Program-made: the position numbers and the translations under genes
Shown: piece after piece, positions 20,260-30,063 of the stretch
Position numbering within the stretch: position 1 is the first letter of the stretch
How the letters are laid out: every line of letters begins with the position of its first letter
The notes under the pieces: generated by a model
Told to the model about the DNA's origin: nothing
Databases searched by the model: none
What the model saw: the letters and a program-made list of their open reading frames with translations, nothing else
Source of the DNA: Bacteroidota bacterium
GTDB lineage: Bacteria > Bacteroidota > Bacteroidia > Chitinophagales > UBA10324
Assembly: GCA_014190575.1 (NCBI GenBank)
Contig: BJGQ01000015.1
Location: 9-64,008 of the forward strand
Length of the DNA: 64,000 nucleotides
Reading direction: 5' to 3'

Positions 20260-21336
20260 ATGATTTACAAAACATTTATTAAGCCATTACTTTTTAATCT
20301 TTCAGCAGAGAATGCGCATCACTTTACAACTGTGATGATGCGACAAGCACCTGTTAGATGGGCGTTGGAAAAAATGTGTGCTCACAATCAACCCTCATTG
20401 GAGAAAGTTGTGATGGGATTAAAATTCCCTAACCCGGTTGGACTTGCTGCAGGTTTTGATAAGAATGGATTTTATATAAGAGAAATGCAGGCGCTTGGTT
20501 TTGGTTTTGTTGAAATAGGAACAGTAACACCATTGCCTCAACCCGGAAATGACAAGCCAAGATTGTTTCGATTACCTAAAGATGAAGCACTCATCAACCG
20601 AATGGGTTTTAATAATTATGGAGTGGAAGTAGCAGCTGCAAGAATAAAAGCTGCACGAAAAGTTATTGGCGAAAACACCAACAACGGAGGAAGAATGATT
20701 ATCGGTGGCAACATTGGAAAAAATAAAATCACTCCGAATGAAAAAGCTGTGAATGATTATATCATCGGATTCGAAAAACTGTTTGATGCGGTTGATTATT
20801 TTGTCGTGAATGTGAGTTCACCAAACACACCAAACCTTCGTGAGTTACAGGAAGAAAAACCTTTGCGTGAAATATTATCTGAATTGCAGAAGAGAAATTT
20901 TCAGAAGGAGAAATCAAAACCATTATTGTTAAAAATTGCACCCGATTTAAGTTTCGAACAAATTGATTTGATACTTCAGATTTGTATTGATAATAAGTTA
21001 GCTGGAATTGTTGCGACCAACACAACTATTTCGCGAGAAGGATTAAGAACTTCATCTGAAAAATTAAATGCAATTGGAGCTGGTGGTTTGAGTGGTAAAC
21101 CATTGATCAATCGTTCTACTGAAATAATTAATTACATCGCAAAAAAATCAAACAATCAGTTAGCAATAATGGGAGTAGGTGGAATTCATACACCTGATGA
21201 TGCCAACAGAATGTTAGATGCAGGCGCAGATTTAATTCAACTTTATACTGGATTGATTTATGAAGGACCTTTTGTAGTGAAAAATATTATAAAGAGAATT
21301 TCTTCTATCCATTTATTCCAAACACATACTGAATAA
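20260..21336 (+). CDS. pyrD: quinone-dependent dihydroorotate dehydrogenase
   Basis: GLAAGFDKN, NRMGFNN, NVSSPNTP, KIAPD, TNTT, GGLSG. Confidence 0.95.
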   Translation: MIYKTFIKPLLFNLSAENAHHFTTVMMRQAPVRWALEKMCAHNQPSLEKVVMGLKFPNPVGLAAGFDKNGFYIREMQALGFGFVEIGTVTPLPQPGNDKPRLFRLPKDEALINRMGFNNYGVEVAAARIKAARKVIGENTNNGGRMIIGGNIGKNKITPNEKAVNDYIIGFEKLFDAVDYFVVNVSSPNTPNLRELQEEKPLREILSELQKRNFQKEKSKPLLLKIAPDLSFEQIDLILQICIDNKLAGIVATNTTISREGLRTSSEKLNAIGAGGLSGKPLINRSTEIINYIAKKSNNQLAIMGVGGIHTPDDANRMLDAGADLIQLYTGLIYEGPFVVKNIIKRISSIHLFQTHTE

Positions 21337-21967
21337 TATTCGCGCCCATCTGGAATGCTTTGGTGCGAAGTTCAATCGGGTCATTGTGTACATCATCCCA
21401 GCCATCGCCGAGGTCGCATTCGAAATTATAAAAGGCAACCAATCGGCCTTGGTAGATCAAACCAAATCCTTGCGGAATTTTTTCATCGTGTTCGTGAATT
21501 TTTGGTAAGCCATTCGGATAATTATATTTCTGATGGTAGATGGGATGACTGAAGGGCAACTCAACAAAATCCAATTCAGGAAAAACTTTTTTCATTTCTT
21601 TTCTGATGAACGGGTCAATGCCATAATCATCATTGATGAAGAGAAATCCTCCACCAATTAAATAAGTGCGAAGATTTTGTGCATCATCATTATTAAAAAC
21701 AACATTGCCATGACCAGTCATATAAACAAACGGATAATTAAAAATATCAGGACTACCGGGTTCAACGGTTGCATATTCTTCATTGATGTTTGTGCTGATA
21801 TTTTGATTGCAAAACCGTGCAAGATTCCGAAGAGAATGAACATCGTTGTACCAATCGCCACCACCACTGTATTTTAATAATGCCAACTGAACAGTTGGTG
21901 CAGGTGCAAATGCAGTGAATGATATGCCACCAATTAAGAGAGAGAAAATAAAGATTTTAAATTTCAT
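21305..21967 (-). CDS. DUF4159 domain protein
   Basis: LKYSGGGDWY, YPFVYMTGHG, GGFL...DDYG, LPKIHEHD, DLGDGW. Confidence 0.85.
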   Translation of the reverse strand: MKFKIFIFSLLIGGISFTAFAPAPTVQLALLKYSGGGDWYNDVHSLRNLARFCNQNISTNINEEYATVEPGSPDIFNYPFVYMTGHGNVVFNNDDAQNLRTYLIGGGFLFINDDYGIDPFIRKEMKKVFPELDFVELPFSHPIYHQKYNYPNGLPKIHEHDEKIPQGFGLIYQGRLVAFYNFECDLGDGWDDVHNDPIELRTKAFQMGANIIQYVFGING

Positions 21968-22668
21968 TGATAAAGCGAATTTAGTTGAACAATTGCAACC
22001 AACGCAGCAGTCTCGGTTCTTAATCTGTTGGTTCCAAGAATTACTTCAATGAATCCAGAATTAACAGCTATTTTTAATTCAACATTTGAAAAATCACCTT
22101 CTGGTCCTATTAAAATTGTTGCATCTATTCCCTTTTCATAAACTGAAGAAAGATGTGTTTTATTTTGTCCCAAGTGGCAAATAAATTTTTGATTTTTGAT
22201 TTTAGAATTATGATTTAAGAATTCCTTGATGGGAATAATTTCATTCAGTTTCGGAAGTGTGGCTCTCATGCTTTGCTTCATTGCACTCACACAAATGCGA
22301 TTAAGTCTTTCCATATTTATTTTTCTTCGTTCGCTGTGTTCGCATTCAATAAATGAAATTTCACTCACTCCAATTTCTGCTGCTTTCTCCAACAGCCATT
22401 CAATCCGCTCAATGTTTTTTGTGGGTGCAATTGCCAAATGAATTTTTGAATTGAAACTATTTTCTTCCTTCCATTTTTTTATTATTTCAAATGCACAATG
22501 AGATTTATGAGCTGATGTAATTTTTGCTGTAAAAAAATTTCCTACACCATCTATTAAACTGATTTCATCTCCTTCACTATGACGAAGCACTTTTACACAG
22601 TGACAAGATTCTTCTTCACTGAGAATTAAAATTCCATTAATTATTTCGGGGCAAAAAAATATTTCCAT
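21964..22668 (-). CDS. rsmE: 16S rRNA m3U1498 methyltransferase
   Basis: H..KVLR, EKAAEIG, AMKQS, IGPEGDF, LG..RLRTETA. Confidence 0.93.
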   Translation of the reverse strand: MEIFFCPEIINGILILSEEESCHCVKVLRHSEGDEISLIDGVGNFFTAKITSAHKSHCAFEIIKKWKEENSFNSKIHLAIAPTKNIERIEWLLEKAAEIGVSEISFIECEHSERRKINMERLNRICVSAMKQSMRATLPKLNEIIPIKEFLNHNSKIKNQKFICHLGQNKTHLSSVYEKGIDATILIGPEGDFSNVELKIAVNSGFIEVILGTNRLRTETAALVAIVQLNSLYQ

Positions 22669-22716
22669 AACAATTTCCTTACAAGGATACTTTAAAGAAT
22701 GAAATCAGAAAATTAT

Positions 22717-22748
22717 AAAAGCCACCTCAATTTACTGAGATGGCTTTT
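22717..22748. terminator. intrinsic terminator
   Basis: AAAAGCCAcCTCA-ATTTAC-TGAGaTGGCTTTT. Confidence 0.7.
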
Positions 22749-22771
22749 GATGAAAAAAAGTATTTGAAGAA

Positions 22772-23782
22772 TTATTTTATCGGAACAAAAATATCAGTTT
22801 CCCATTTGGCAGTATCTTTTTCAGTTCCCGGGTCAGTAACATAAACTTCCCACGCATTTCCATTGAGAGTTTTATTGTTTTCATTTATCCATTTATAAAT
22901 TGCTTCATATGCTGGTTGTGTTTTTTGATATGAGCCGAAATAAGCAACCTTTGCAACATCACCACTGTAAGAATTTTTTGCTACAATTCTTCCTTCCGAT
23001 TTTCCCATTTTATCAGTTGGAATTCCACCTTCCCAAACCAATATATCTTTTCCCATTGTATGCATAATGCCGAATGGATAACCAACTTCCTTCAATTTAT
23101 TTTTACCCATGTAGGCACCAATCTCCATAAACATTTCCATGTATTTGGCGCCGATGTCGGAGTTTTTTGCTGAATCAAGAATGGTGAGGCATGGCATTGC
23201 AGTAGTTGTTGTTGTTTCAATAGTATAAGTTATATCAGTAGTAACCGGAATAAGTGCAGCCACACTATCAATGTTTTTTAAACCACTTTCGAAAATTGGT
23301 CCGAGCATTTTCTCAGCAAAAAAATAACCGAAAAATCTTTTAATCGGATTCATGCCTGCATCCGAATCCATTGTCCATTTCAGTTTTGTATTTTTTTCTG
23401 AATCTTCTAGCCAAAAACCAACTACTGAATTCCCATTTCCTTCAAAATTAATTTGTGTTTCAATAAATGAAAATGGAGTGCTCTTCAAAATTTTTATGCT
23501 GCCACTTCCAACATTGCTTTTTTCTGAAATCCAGGAATAATTACCTCCAACTCCTTCTGAAGTATCACCAAAAGTAATTTTGGCGACGGTATCCATCCGA
23601 TACCAGGGGAGCCACGAATTCCATTTTTTCAAATCATTTATCAGAGAAAAAACTGCTGCCGACTTAGCTTTGATGGTCATTGTTCTTTCCACATGAACTT
23701 TTGAGGGTAGTAAAAAAGCAATTATGACGAATAGAACTACGATGCCAATGAGGCCGATTCCGATAAATTTTATTGTCTGCAT
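22772..23782 (-). CDS. SRPBCC + GyrI-like effector-binding domain protein
   Basis: N-terminal TM, VER...W..W.PW SRPBCC region; C-terminal GSY...AY...W...WEVY.TDP GyrI region. Confidence 0.82.
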   Translation of the reverse strand: MQTIKFIGIGLIGIVVLFVIIAFLLPSKVHVERTMTIKAKSAAVFSLINDLKKWNSWLPWYRMDTVAKITFGDTSEGVGGNYSWISEKSNVGSGSIKILKSTPFSFIETQINFEGNGNSVVGFWLEDSEKNTKLKWTMDSDAGMNPIKRFFGYFFAEKMLGPIFESGLKNIDSVAALIPVTTDITYTIETTTTTAMPCLTILDSAKNSDIGAKYMEMFMEIGAYMGKNKLKEVGYPFGIMHTMGKDILVWEGGIPTDKMGKSEGRIVAKNSYSGDVAKVAYFGSYQKTQPAYEAIYKWINENNKTLNGNAWEVYVTDPGTEKDTAKWETDIFVPIK

Positions 23783-24006
23783 TTTTTGGAATTTTAATGG
23801 ACGAAAAATAACTGCAATTTTTTATGAAATAAATAGCTGACTGAAATTAATTTATTTTGAAAATGCATTTCAGTTTGATTTGGTGCATATAAATTTTATA
23901 AATTGGAAAAGGAACATCAACATTTTAATGTACATGAATAAAGATGAGAGTTTATCTTGTTCAATTATTTTTGGCAACACAAATATTTTTTAATCACTTT
24001 TAATTA

Positions 24007-24534
24007 ATGAAAAATTTACTGATTCTGCTTTCTGTTTTGTGTGTGCTCACTGCAAGTTCATGTGGTAAAAAGGAAAAACTCTCAGAACAAATAAATAAAC
24101 AACTAGACAGCATTACACACTCAATGGCAACGAGCCCAAATGCCAAACAGTTTGAACGACTCACTGCAAACATCAATGATTTTATCAGCAAGTTTCCGAA
24201 GGATAGTCTGGCTTCGAAATATTTATTTGAAGAGGCTCGCATATATCAAAGTCAAGGTGAGTATAAAAGTGCATTAACAGTTTTAGACCGATTGTTAAAA
24301 GATTTTCCGGAGGCAAAAGAATGCGGAATGAGTGTTTTTATGGAAGGATTTATTTACGCAAACCTCTTGAATGATTTAACAAAAGCGAAAGAAAAATATG
24401 AATTGTATTTAAGTAAGTATGGAAATGAAAATGAGAAGATGGCGCTTGATGTAAAACTGGAATTGGATAACCTCGGAAAATCTGCCGACGAAATATTCAA
24501 ACAGATTCAAGCGAATGCAGATTCGTTGAAATAA
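24007..24534 (+). CDS. TPR lipoprotein
   Basis: lipobox ASSC; FP.D.LA..YLF..A and A..KY..YL..Y TPR-like helices. Confidence 0.75.
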   Translation: MKNLLILLSVLCVLTASSCGKKEKLSEQINKQLDSITHSMATSPNAKQFERLTANINDFISKFPKDSLASKYLFEEARIYQSQGEYKSALTVLDRLLKDFPEAKECGMSVFMEGFIYANLLNDLTKAKEKYELYLSKYGNENEKMALDVKLELDNLGKSADEIFKQIQANADSLK

Positions 24535-24549
24535 ATAGCTGAATAATTT

Positions 24550-25284
24550 TTATCCTTCTAAATGAATGGTGAAAAGTATAGTGCGGGTTCGTAAGCGACT
24601 TAGTACCGAAGAATAAATAAGTACATCATCGTTCTGTAATATATTGGTTAAACCATAAGATAATTTTATTTCGGGTGCAACAATGGCCATCGGCATGTGC
24701 AACTCAATCCCAATTCCATATTCAAAAAGATAATCGTCTTTCTTTACTTTAATTAAATTCTCTGCACGGCGAGCAGTTGCGTTTGATTGCATATCAATGC
24801 TGTATTTTATTCCAGCAATTGCATACATGCGCGAGTTTTTGTAAGGTTTCGATTTGTATTTCAACAGCAACGGAAATTCAAGATATACACTTTCAATTTT
24901 TTTTACAACAGGTAATGCACTGTCTTTCTGTGTGTACTTAATGTCTTTTTCTCCAAATGATAAGGCGGGTATCAAACGCAAATCAAAATATCTTCCAAGG
25001 TGATAATCAGTTACAATTCCTAAATTAAATCCCGGGCCTTTTATTGGTTGAACATTCAGAATATTCTTTTGAACAATGAAATTTGAATCGAGTGTTATTT
25101 TATAATCGCTCTTATTGTATCCGAGTGCAACGCCAAAATGAAACTTGCGCGACATGCCCTGGTCATCGTGTTCCATAATTGAAAACTGCGCATTCACTTT
25201 CATAAATGCTGATAACACAATAAACAGAGTCAGGATTTGTAACCTGTATATAAAGTGGCGATGCCGAATGATAGCGTTGTACAT
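24550..25284 (-). CDS. porT: T9SS outer-membrane protein PorT/SprT
   Basis: FHFG..LG.N, GF.LG, DLR.IP.LSF, E.PLL.K.KS, PEIK.SYG..N, terminal EG; located downstream of menG; start uncertain. Confidence 0.85.
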   Translation of the reverse strand: MYNAIIRHRHFIYRLQILTLFIVLSAFMKVNAQFSIMEHDDQGMSRKFHFGVALGYNKSDYKITLDSNFIVQKNILNVQPIKGPGFNLGIVTDYHLGRYFDLRLIPALSFGEKDIKYTQKDSALPVVKKIESVYLEFPLLLKYKSKPYKNSRMYAIAGIKYSIDMQSNATARRAENLIKVKKDDYLFEYGIGIELHMPMAIVAPEIKLSYGLTNILQNDDVLIYSSVLSRLRTRTILFTIHLEG

Positions 25285-25961
25285 TTTGTTTTTACAAAAC
25301 CAATTGACTGCAAAATATTTTCAAACTGTTTTCCATCCGGAAAAACTTTTACCGATTGCGGTAAGTAAGTGTATGCTGATTTATCTCCTGTAATCCAACT
25401 TCCGATCAATGGACAGATTCTATTGAAGTAAAAATTAAAAAATCCATTGATAATTTTATTTCGCGGTTTGCTGAACTCCAGAATAACCACTTTTCCATTG
25501 GGCTTTAGCACACGAAACATTTCTTTTAAACCAATTTCAAGGTGAGCAAAATTCCGAACTCCGTATGCAACGGTCACTGCATCAAACTTATTGTCTGAAA
25601 AAGGTAATTGTTCGGCATCGGCAATTTGCAATTCTATTTTTTGTTGCAGATGCAACTGGTCAATTTTCTTTTCTCCGAACGCAATCATCTCTTTCGAAAT
25701 ATCGCCGCCAATAATTTTTTCAGGATTTAATTTCAATAAAGCAATGGCAATATCAGCAGTTCCTGTTGCCACATCTAAAATCAGTTTTGGATTTTCGTGC
25801 TTAAGTTCATTTACTAATTTTCGTTTCCATATATTATAGATTCCCATTGATAAAATCGTATTCATCAAATCGTAACGCGATGCAATGTTGTTAAACATTT
25901 GAGCCACCTGTTCCTTTTTTCCAAGCAAAGATTCAGAATACGGAAGTACTTGCTTATTCAT
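25230..25961 (-). CDS. menG: demethylmenaquinone methyltransferase (UbiE/MenG)
   Basis: KKEQVAQMF.NIA.RYD.MN, LDVATGTAD, YGVRN, RVLKP.G...ILEFS; start set at MNKQ (25961) because the longer ORF overlaps yihA. Confidence 0.92.
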   Translation of the reverse strand: MNKQVLPYSESLLGKKEQVAQMFNNIASRYDLMNTILSMGIYNIWKRKLVNELKHENPKLILDVATGTADIAIALLKLNPEKIIGGDISKEMIAFGEKKIDQLHLQQKIELQIADAEQLPFSDNKFDAVTVAYGVRNFAHLEIGLKEMFRVLKPNGKVVILEFSKPRNKIINGFFNFYFNRICPLIGSWITGDKSAYTYLPQSVKVFPDGKQFENILQSIGFVKTKCTTLSFGIATLYTGYKS

Positions 25962-26016
25962 CGGGTGCAAATTACTTTCATTCCATCTACATTCGCCAAT
26001 CAAATTTTCTCTTTCC

Positions 26017-26613
26017 ATGATAATTAAGTCGGCAATATTTAAAGGAAGTTTTAAAACAGTGGAGCAATGCCCGCCAAGTAAATTACCGGAGTTTGCTTTT
26101 ATCGGACGAAGCAATGTGGGAAAATCATCTCTCATTAATATGCTGCTGAGTAAAAAAGATTTAGTAAAAGTTTCGGGGCGACCTGGGAAAACACAATCCA
26201 TCAATCACTTTCTCATCAACGATGGATTTTATTTTGTTGACTTACCGGGTTATGGTTTTGCATCAGTATCGAAAAAAGAAAAGCACACCTGGAAAAAAAT
26301 GATTGCTGATTTTTTGCAGAAGCGCGAGCAACTGCTCAATACTTTTGTGCTGATTGATGCGCGGCACGAACCACTGAAAATTGACTTGGAATTTATCAAT
26401 CAGTTTGGCGAGTGGCAAATTCCGTTCTCCATTGTTTTTACCAAGGCCGATAAAGTGGGCAAGGATGTGCTCGCCTCGCACAAAAAAATGTTTGAGGAGC
26501 GCTTATCCGAATCGTGGGAAAATTTGCCACCCATTTTTATTTCTTCTGCTGAAGAACAAATTGGAAGGGATGAGATTTTTGGATATGTGGAAGAAATGAT
26601 GAAGGAAAAATAA
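26017..26613 (+). CDS. yihA: ribosome biogenesis GTPase YihA/YsxC (EngB)
   Basis: GRSNVGKSSLIN, DLPGYG, TKADK. Confidence 0.95.
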   Translation: MIIKSAIFKGSFKTVEQCPPSKLPEFAFIGRSNVGKSSLINMLLSKKDLVKVSGRPGKTQSINHFLINDGFYFVDLPGYGFASVSKKEKHTWKKMIADFLQKREQLLNTFVLIDARHEPLKIDLEFINQFGEWQIPFSIVFTKADKVGKDVLASHKKMFEERLSESWENLPPIFISSAEEQIGRDEIFGYVEEMMKEK

Positions 26614-26728
26614 GATTCGTTTGAAATAATTAAATGTGAATTATAACATGATAAAGTTACAGAAGAATTATATAATAAAAGCAACTACACAACAACTCTG
26701 TAAGCTGCTTTCATTAAAAAATAAAAGT

Positions 26729-27145
26729 TTATTTCTTTGACAGTGTAATTACCTGTGAGTAATCAGGCGTTGGAATTGTAAGCCCATTTAAATTTTGTGA
26801 AAGGAAAGTCCACTTTTCAGAATCTTTTTTTACATCAGATACAGAATATACTAGATCATAGACATCTTTTCCAGCGATGCTTGTCAAAGTAATTTTTTGA
26901 GATTTTTTATCATATGCCCAATTGAAACCTGATTGATGCCCACCAGTATCCACAGCAGTTGCGGAACCTTCATAAAAGGTATAAGAATACACATTGGTAT
27001 TTGGATTAAATCCTGTAATTGTTGTCACAACAGTTGCAGTCCAAACACTGTGGTCTTTCTTCAACAATTGATATGGAGTTTTGCCACAAGAGCTTATCAG
27101 AAAAAATATTGCTGGAAAAAATTAAATTTTAGTTGCTGTTTTCAT
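26729..27145 (-). pseudogene. small lipoprotein with in-frame TAA in its signal peptide (27122-27124)
   Basis: ATG 27145 reads MKTATKI*FFPAIFFLISSCGKTPYQLLKKDHSVW..., continuous with the listed 112-aa ORF; lipobox ISSC. Confidence 0.7.
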
Positions 27146-27262
27146 GCATTTAGTTTATTTAATTTTCAATTTCACCTACAATTATAAGAGAAAGATTTTG
27201 ATGAATCATAAATTTATTAAAAATTGAAATATTCAGGCATTTTAATTATGAATTTTGAAATT

Positions 27263-28027
27263 CTATAAAATCAGTTGCAACCCATCATAGCTTAAGTGAA
27301 CTCCGATTGGAAGGTTTAAGCTTACCTCATCATCCAATCCTAAGCGGTGACTAATGTGAGTGAAGTAAGTGGTTTCGGCATTCAATTCTTTTGCAACTTC
27401 AATTGCTTCTGCTAAAGTAAAGTGAGAAATATGCGGCTCCATTTGCAGTGCGTTCAGCACCAGAATTTTTGAACCCTGAATTTTTTTCTTCTCTTCTGCT
27501 GGTATCTGATTGGCATCGGTGATGTAAGTAAAATTGCCAAACCGGAAACCCAGCACCGGCATTTTATAATGCAAAACTTTTATCGGAATTATTTCCAATC
27601 CTTCAATAAAAAAATTAGTGTCACCATTAATGGAATGAAAATTCAATTCAGGAATTCCGGGATAATCACTCTTGTTAAAAATGTAAGGAAATTCTTCTCG
27701 AAGTTTTTGTTGTGTAAAATCTGTGGCATAAACTTCCATGGGTTTCTGCATAAAAAAATTGAACGCACGAATATCATCCATGCCCGCCGTGTGGTCTTTA
27801 TGACTGTGCGTGAAAATGAGTGCATCCAACCTTTTCACATTTTCACGCAACATCTGTTGCCGAAAATCGGGACCACTATCTATGACAAAAACTTTTTCTT
27901 CGTGCTCAATCATAATGGATGAGCGAAGACGATTGTCTTTATTATTTGTTGAAGTACAAACCCGGCAAGAACAACTGATAACCGGAACACCTTGTGAAGT
28001 TCCTGTGCCGAGAAATGTGATTTTCAC
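27263..28027 (-). CDS. PhnP/YycJ-like MBL-fold hydrolase
   Basis: LGTGTSQGVP, C.C.VC, D.GPDFRQQ, THSHKDH, YITD, THISH. Confidence 0.9.
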   Translation of the reverse strand: MKITFLGTGTSQGVPVISCSCRVCTSTNNKDNRLRSSIMIEHEEKVFVIDSGPDFRQQMLRENVKRLDALIFTHSHKDHTAGMDDIRAFNFFMQKPMEVYATDFTQQKLREEFPYIFNKSDYPGIPELNFHSINGDTNFFIEGLEIIPIKVLHYKMPVLGFRFGNFTYITDANQIPAEEKKKIQGSKILVLNALQMEPHISHFTLAEAIEVAKELNAETTYFTHISHRLGLDDEVSLNLPIGVHLSYDGLQLIL

Positions 28028-28296
28028 ACCGCCAGTTTTGTCTGTTGAAGATTTAAAACAAAGTTGGTTTCCTTCTCATCAAGCTGAGAGAAATCAATAT
28101 CGAGTTCAGGAATCATTTCTAAAAAAGAATTGATGCGCGATTCTAAATCAAAATATTTATTAACCACAATCACTCTGCGATCCTGCAACACACAGTAACC
28201 GGATTTGAATGAACCTTTCTCATAGCGAATCACATATCTTGATTCCTTTAAAATGTTTTCAATTTTCTGTAGCGATTGCGGCGTGTATTTGAACAT
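28024..28296 (-). CDS. hypothetical protein, probably conserved in Bacteroidota
   Basis: RYEKGSFKSGYC...VVNK; stop overlaps the next start (translational coupling). Confidence 0.75.
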   Translation of the reverse strand: MFKYTPQSLQKIENILKESRYVIRYEKGSFKSGYCVLQDRRVIVVNKYFDLESRINSFLEMIPELDIDFSQLDEKETNFVLNLQQTKLAV

Positions 28297-28420
28297 ATCT
28301 TTTTTGAATGTTTCAAAGATAGAGTGGTGTTGTATTCCTGCAAATCATTTAATACGATTGTTAGTTTGTTAATAAACAATTCTGTTTGGCAGTATGATGC
28401 TGCTGAAGTAGGTTTGACAC

Positions 28421-29038
28421 ATGCACAGAAAATTTTTATTCATCGGCATTTGCGCTTTTTTATTTTACACGGCTGATGCACAATTTAAAGGAGGATTTTA
28501 TATTGGCGTTAACGGAACTCAGGTGGATGGAGATAAAATTGCCGGCTTTTATAAGTTGGGAGCAAACCTGGCTGCGGTCGTTGAGTATCCATTAGGAGAA
28601 CATTTTGGGGCTTCTATGGAAATTTCGTATTCGCAAAAAGGAAGTCAAACAAAATGGCAACAAGGGGTTCCACGACAATATTTTTTAAAATTGGATTATG
28701 TTGAAGTTCCATTGATGTTAAATTATCATGATAATAAAAAAGTAACCTTGAGCGCTGGCATTGGAATTAATGAGTTGGTTTTTTATAAAGAAGATATAGT
28801 TAACACTAATCCATACTTAAGTTATTCCCATATTCGAAAGTTGAACAATACAGATATTGAATTAAAAGGTGGAGGTTCCTATCAGTTAAGCAAACATTGG
28901 ATGGTAAATATTTTATATTCTTATTCGGCTATTTCAATGGGTATATCAGATGATAGTCCTTATCTCAATAATGGTTTGTTTAATAATCTTGTTACTTTCC
29001 GATTGGGATATATGATTAAAGGAAAAGCTACAAAATAA
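28421..29038 (+). CDS. outer-membrane beta-barrel (porin family) protein
   Basis: signal peptide ADA-Q, QVDGD, YSQKG, LDYVEVP. Confidence 0.8.
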   Translation: MHRKFLFIGICAFLFYTADAQFKGGFYIGVNGTQVDGDKIAGFYKLGANLAAVVEYPLGEHFGASMEISYSQKGSQTKWQQGVPRQYFLKLDYVEVPLMLNYHDNKKVTLSAGIGINELVFYKEDIVNTNPYLSYSHIRKLNNTDIELKGGGSYQLSKHWMVNILYSYSAISMGISDDSPYLNNGLFNNLVTFRLGYMIKGKATK

Positions 29039-29144
29039 TTGATTGAGTGTTTCAATTTCATTCATTATTAAATCCATTTCAGGATAACTTTTTCTTTCTT
29101 TGGCAAGGCATTTGAAATTACACTACATACAAAATCACATAACT

Positions 29145-29882
29145 ATGAAATCAATAAAAATTTTAGCGCTATTAATATTATTCACTCCTTTTATTTCCTG
29201 CGCCCAAATTAAAATCGGTAAAAAAACTTATACCGTTCCAAAAGTAAATACAGGAGCAAATAATTCAGGGAAACCTACCAATGATGAAATGGTAAGTGGT
29301 TTAAAAGAAGCGTTAAACATTGGAGTTACAAAAGGTTCAGATAATGTTTCGAAGACTGATGGCTATTTTAAAAACAATGCAATAAAAATTCTTATGCCGC
29401 CTGAAGTAAAAAATGTGGAAGACAAACTTCGTTCTATAGGAATGGGACAATTAGTAGATGATGCAATATTGAGAATGAATCGTGCTGCCGAGCAAGCTGG
29501 TCCAAAAGCAAAACCGATTTTTTGTGATGCAATAAAATCGATGAGCATAATGGATGCTGTAAATATTATCAAAGGCCCGCAGGATGGTGCCACTCAATAT
29601 TTAAAGAAGAGTACTTCAGTTCAGTTAACATCTGCTTTCAAACCAATAATAGCTCAAGAGTTAGATAAAACTGAAGCAACTAAATACTGGAAACAGGTAT
29701 TTGATACTTATAATAAAATACCATTTGTAACAAAAGTGAATTCTGATTTGCCATCGTATGTAACACAAAAAGCATTGGATGGTTTGTTTTTAATGGTAGC
29801 ACAGGAAGAAGCTAAAATCAGAAAGGATCCATTAGGTACCGCAAGTGCATTAATACAAAAAATATTCAGCGGTAAATGGTAG
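29145..29882 (+). CDS. DUF4197 domain protein
   Basis: GLKEAL..G, DGYF.N..IKI.MP, MNRAAE, ALDGLF...A.EE.KIR.DP; ATG 29145 preferred. Confidence 0.88.
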   Translation: MKSIKILALLILFTPFISCAQIKIGKKTYTVPKVNTGANNSGKPTNDEMVSGLKEALNIGVTKGSDNVSKTDGYFKNNAIKILMPPEVKNVEDKLRSIGMGQLVDDAILRMNRAAEQAGPKAKPIFCDAIKSMSIMDAVNIIKGPQDGATQYLKKSTSVQLTSAFKPIIAQELDKTEATKYWKQVFDTYNKIPFVTKVNSDLPSYVTQKALDGLFLMVAQEEAKIRKDPLGTASALIQKIFSGKW

Positions 29883-29907
29883 AAAAATATTTTTAATTAA
29901 TTTAATG

Positions 29908-29941
29908 AAGCCGAATGAATAAAGAGTATTTCGGCTTTTTT
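29908..29941 (+). terminator. intrinsic terminator
   Basis: AAGCCGAA...TTCGGCTTTTTT after DUF4197. Confidence 0.65.
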
Positions 29942-30063
29942 ATTTCAGTTTGATGGAGTAATATTATTTTTACAAATATTGTTTCCATTCGACTATTCTT
30001 TCATTGCGCCTTGCATTTGGTAAATGCTTATTTATATTTGAGATTAATTAAATCAATAGGTCA

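Noticed and set aside
21305..21336. 32-nt convergent overlap of pyrD and DUF4159
   Set aside because: Short tail-to-tail overlaps are common in compact genomes
25962..26204. N-terminal extension of the 324-aa menG ORF
   Set aside because: It overlaps yihA on the opposite strand; homology starts at MNKQ (25961)
12759..27145. Stop-codon reassignment or selenocysteine explaining the in-frame stops
   Set aside because: Both TAA and TGA occur internally, yet both end normal genes here (lepA and rplP TGA; many TAA). The TGA positions are not Cys-like. A frameshift co-occurs in one gene.
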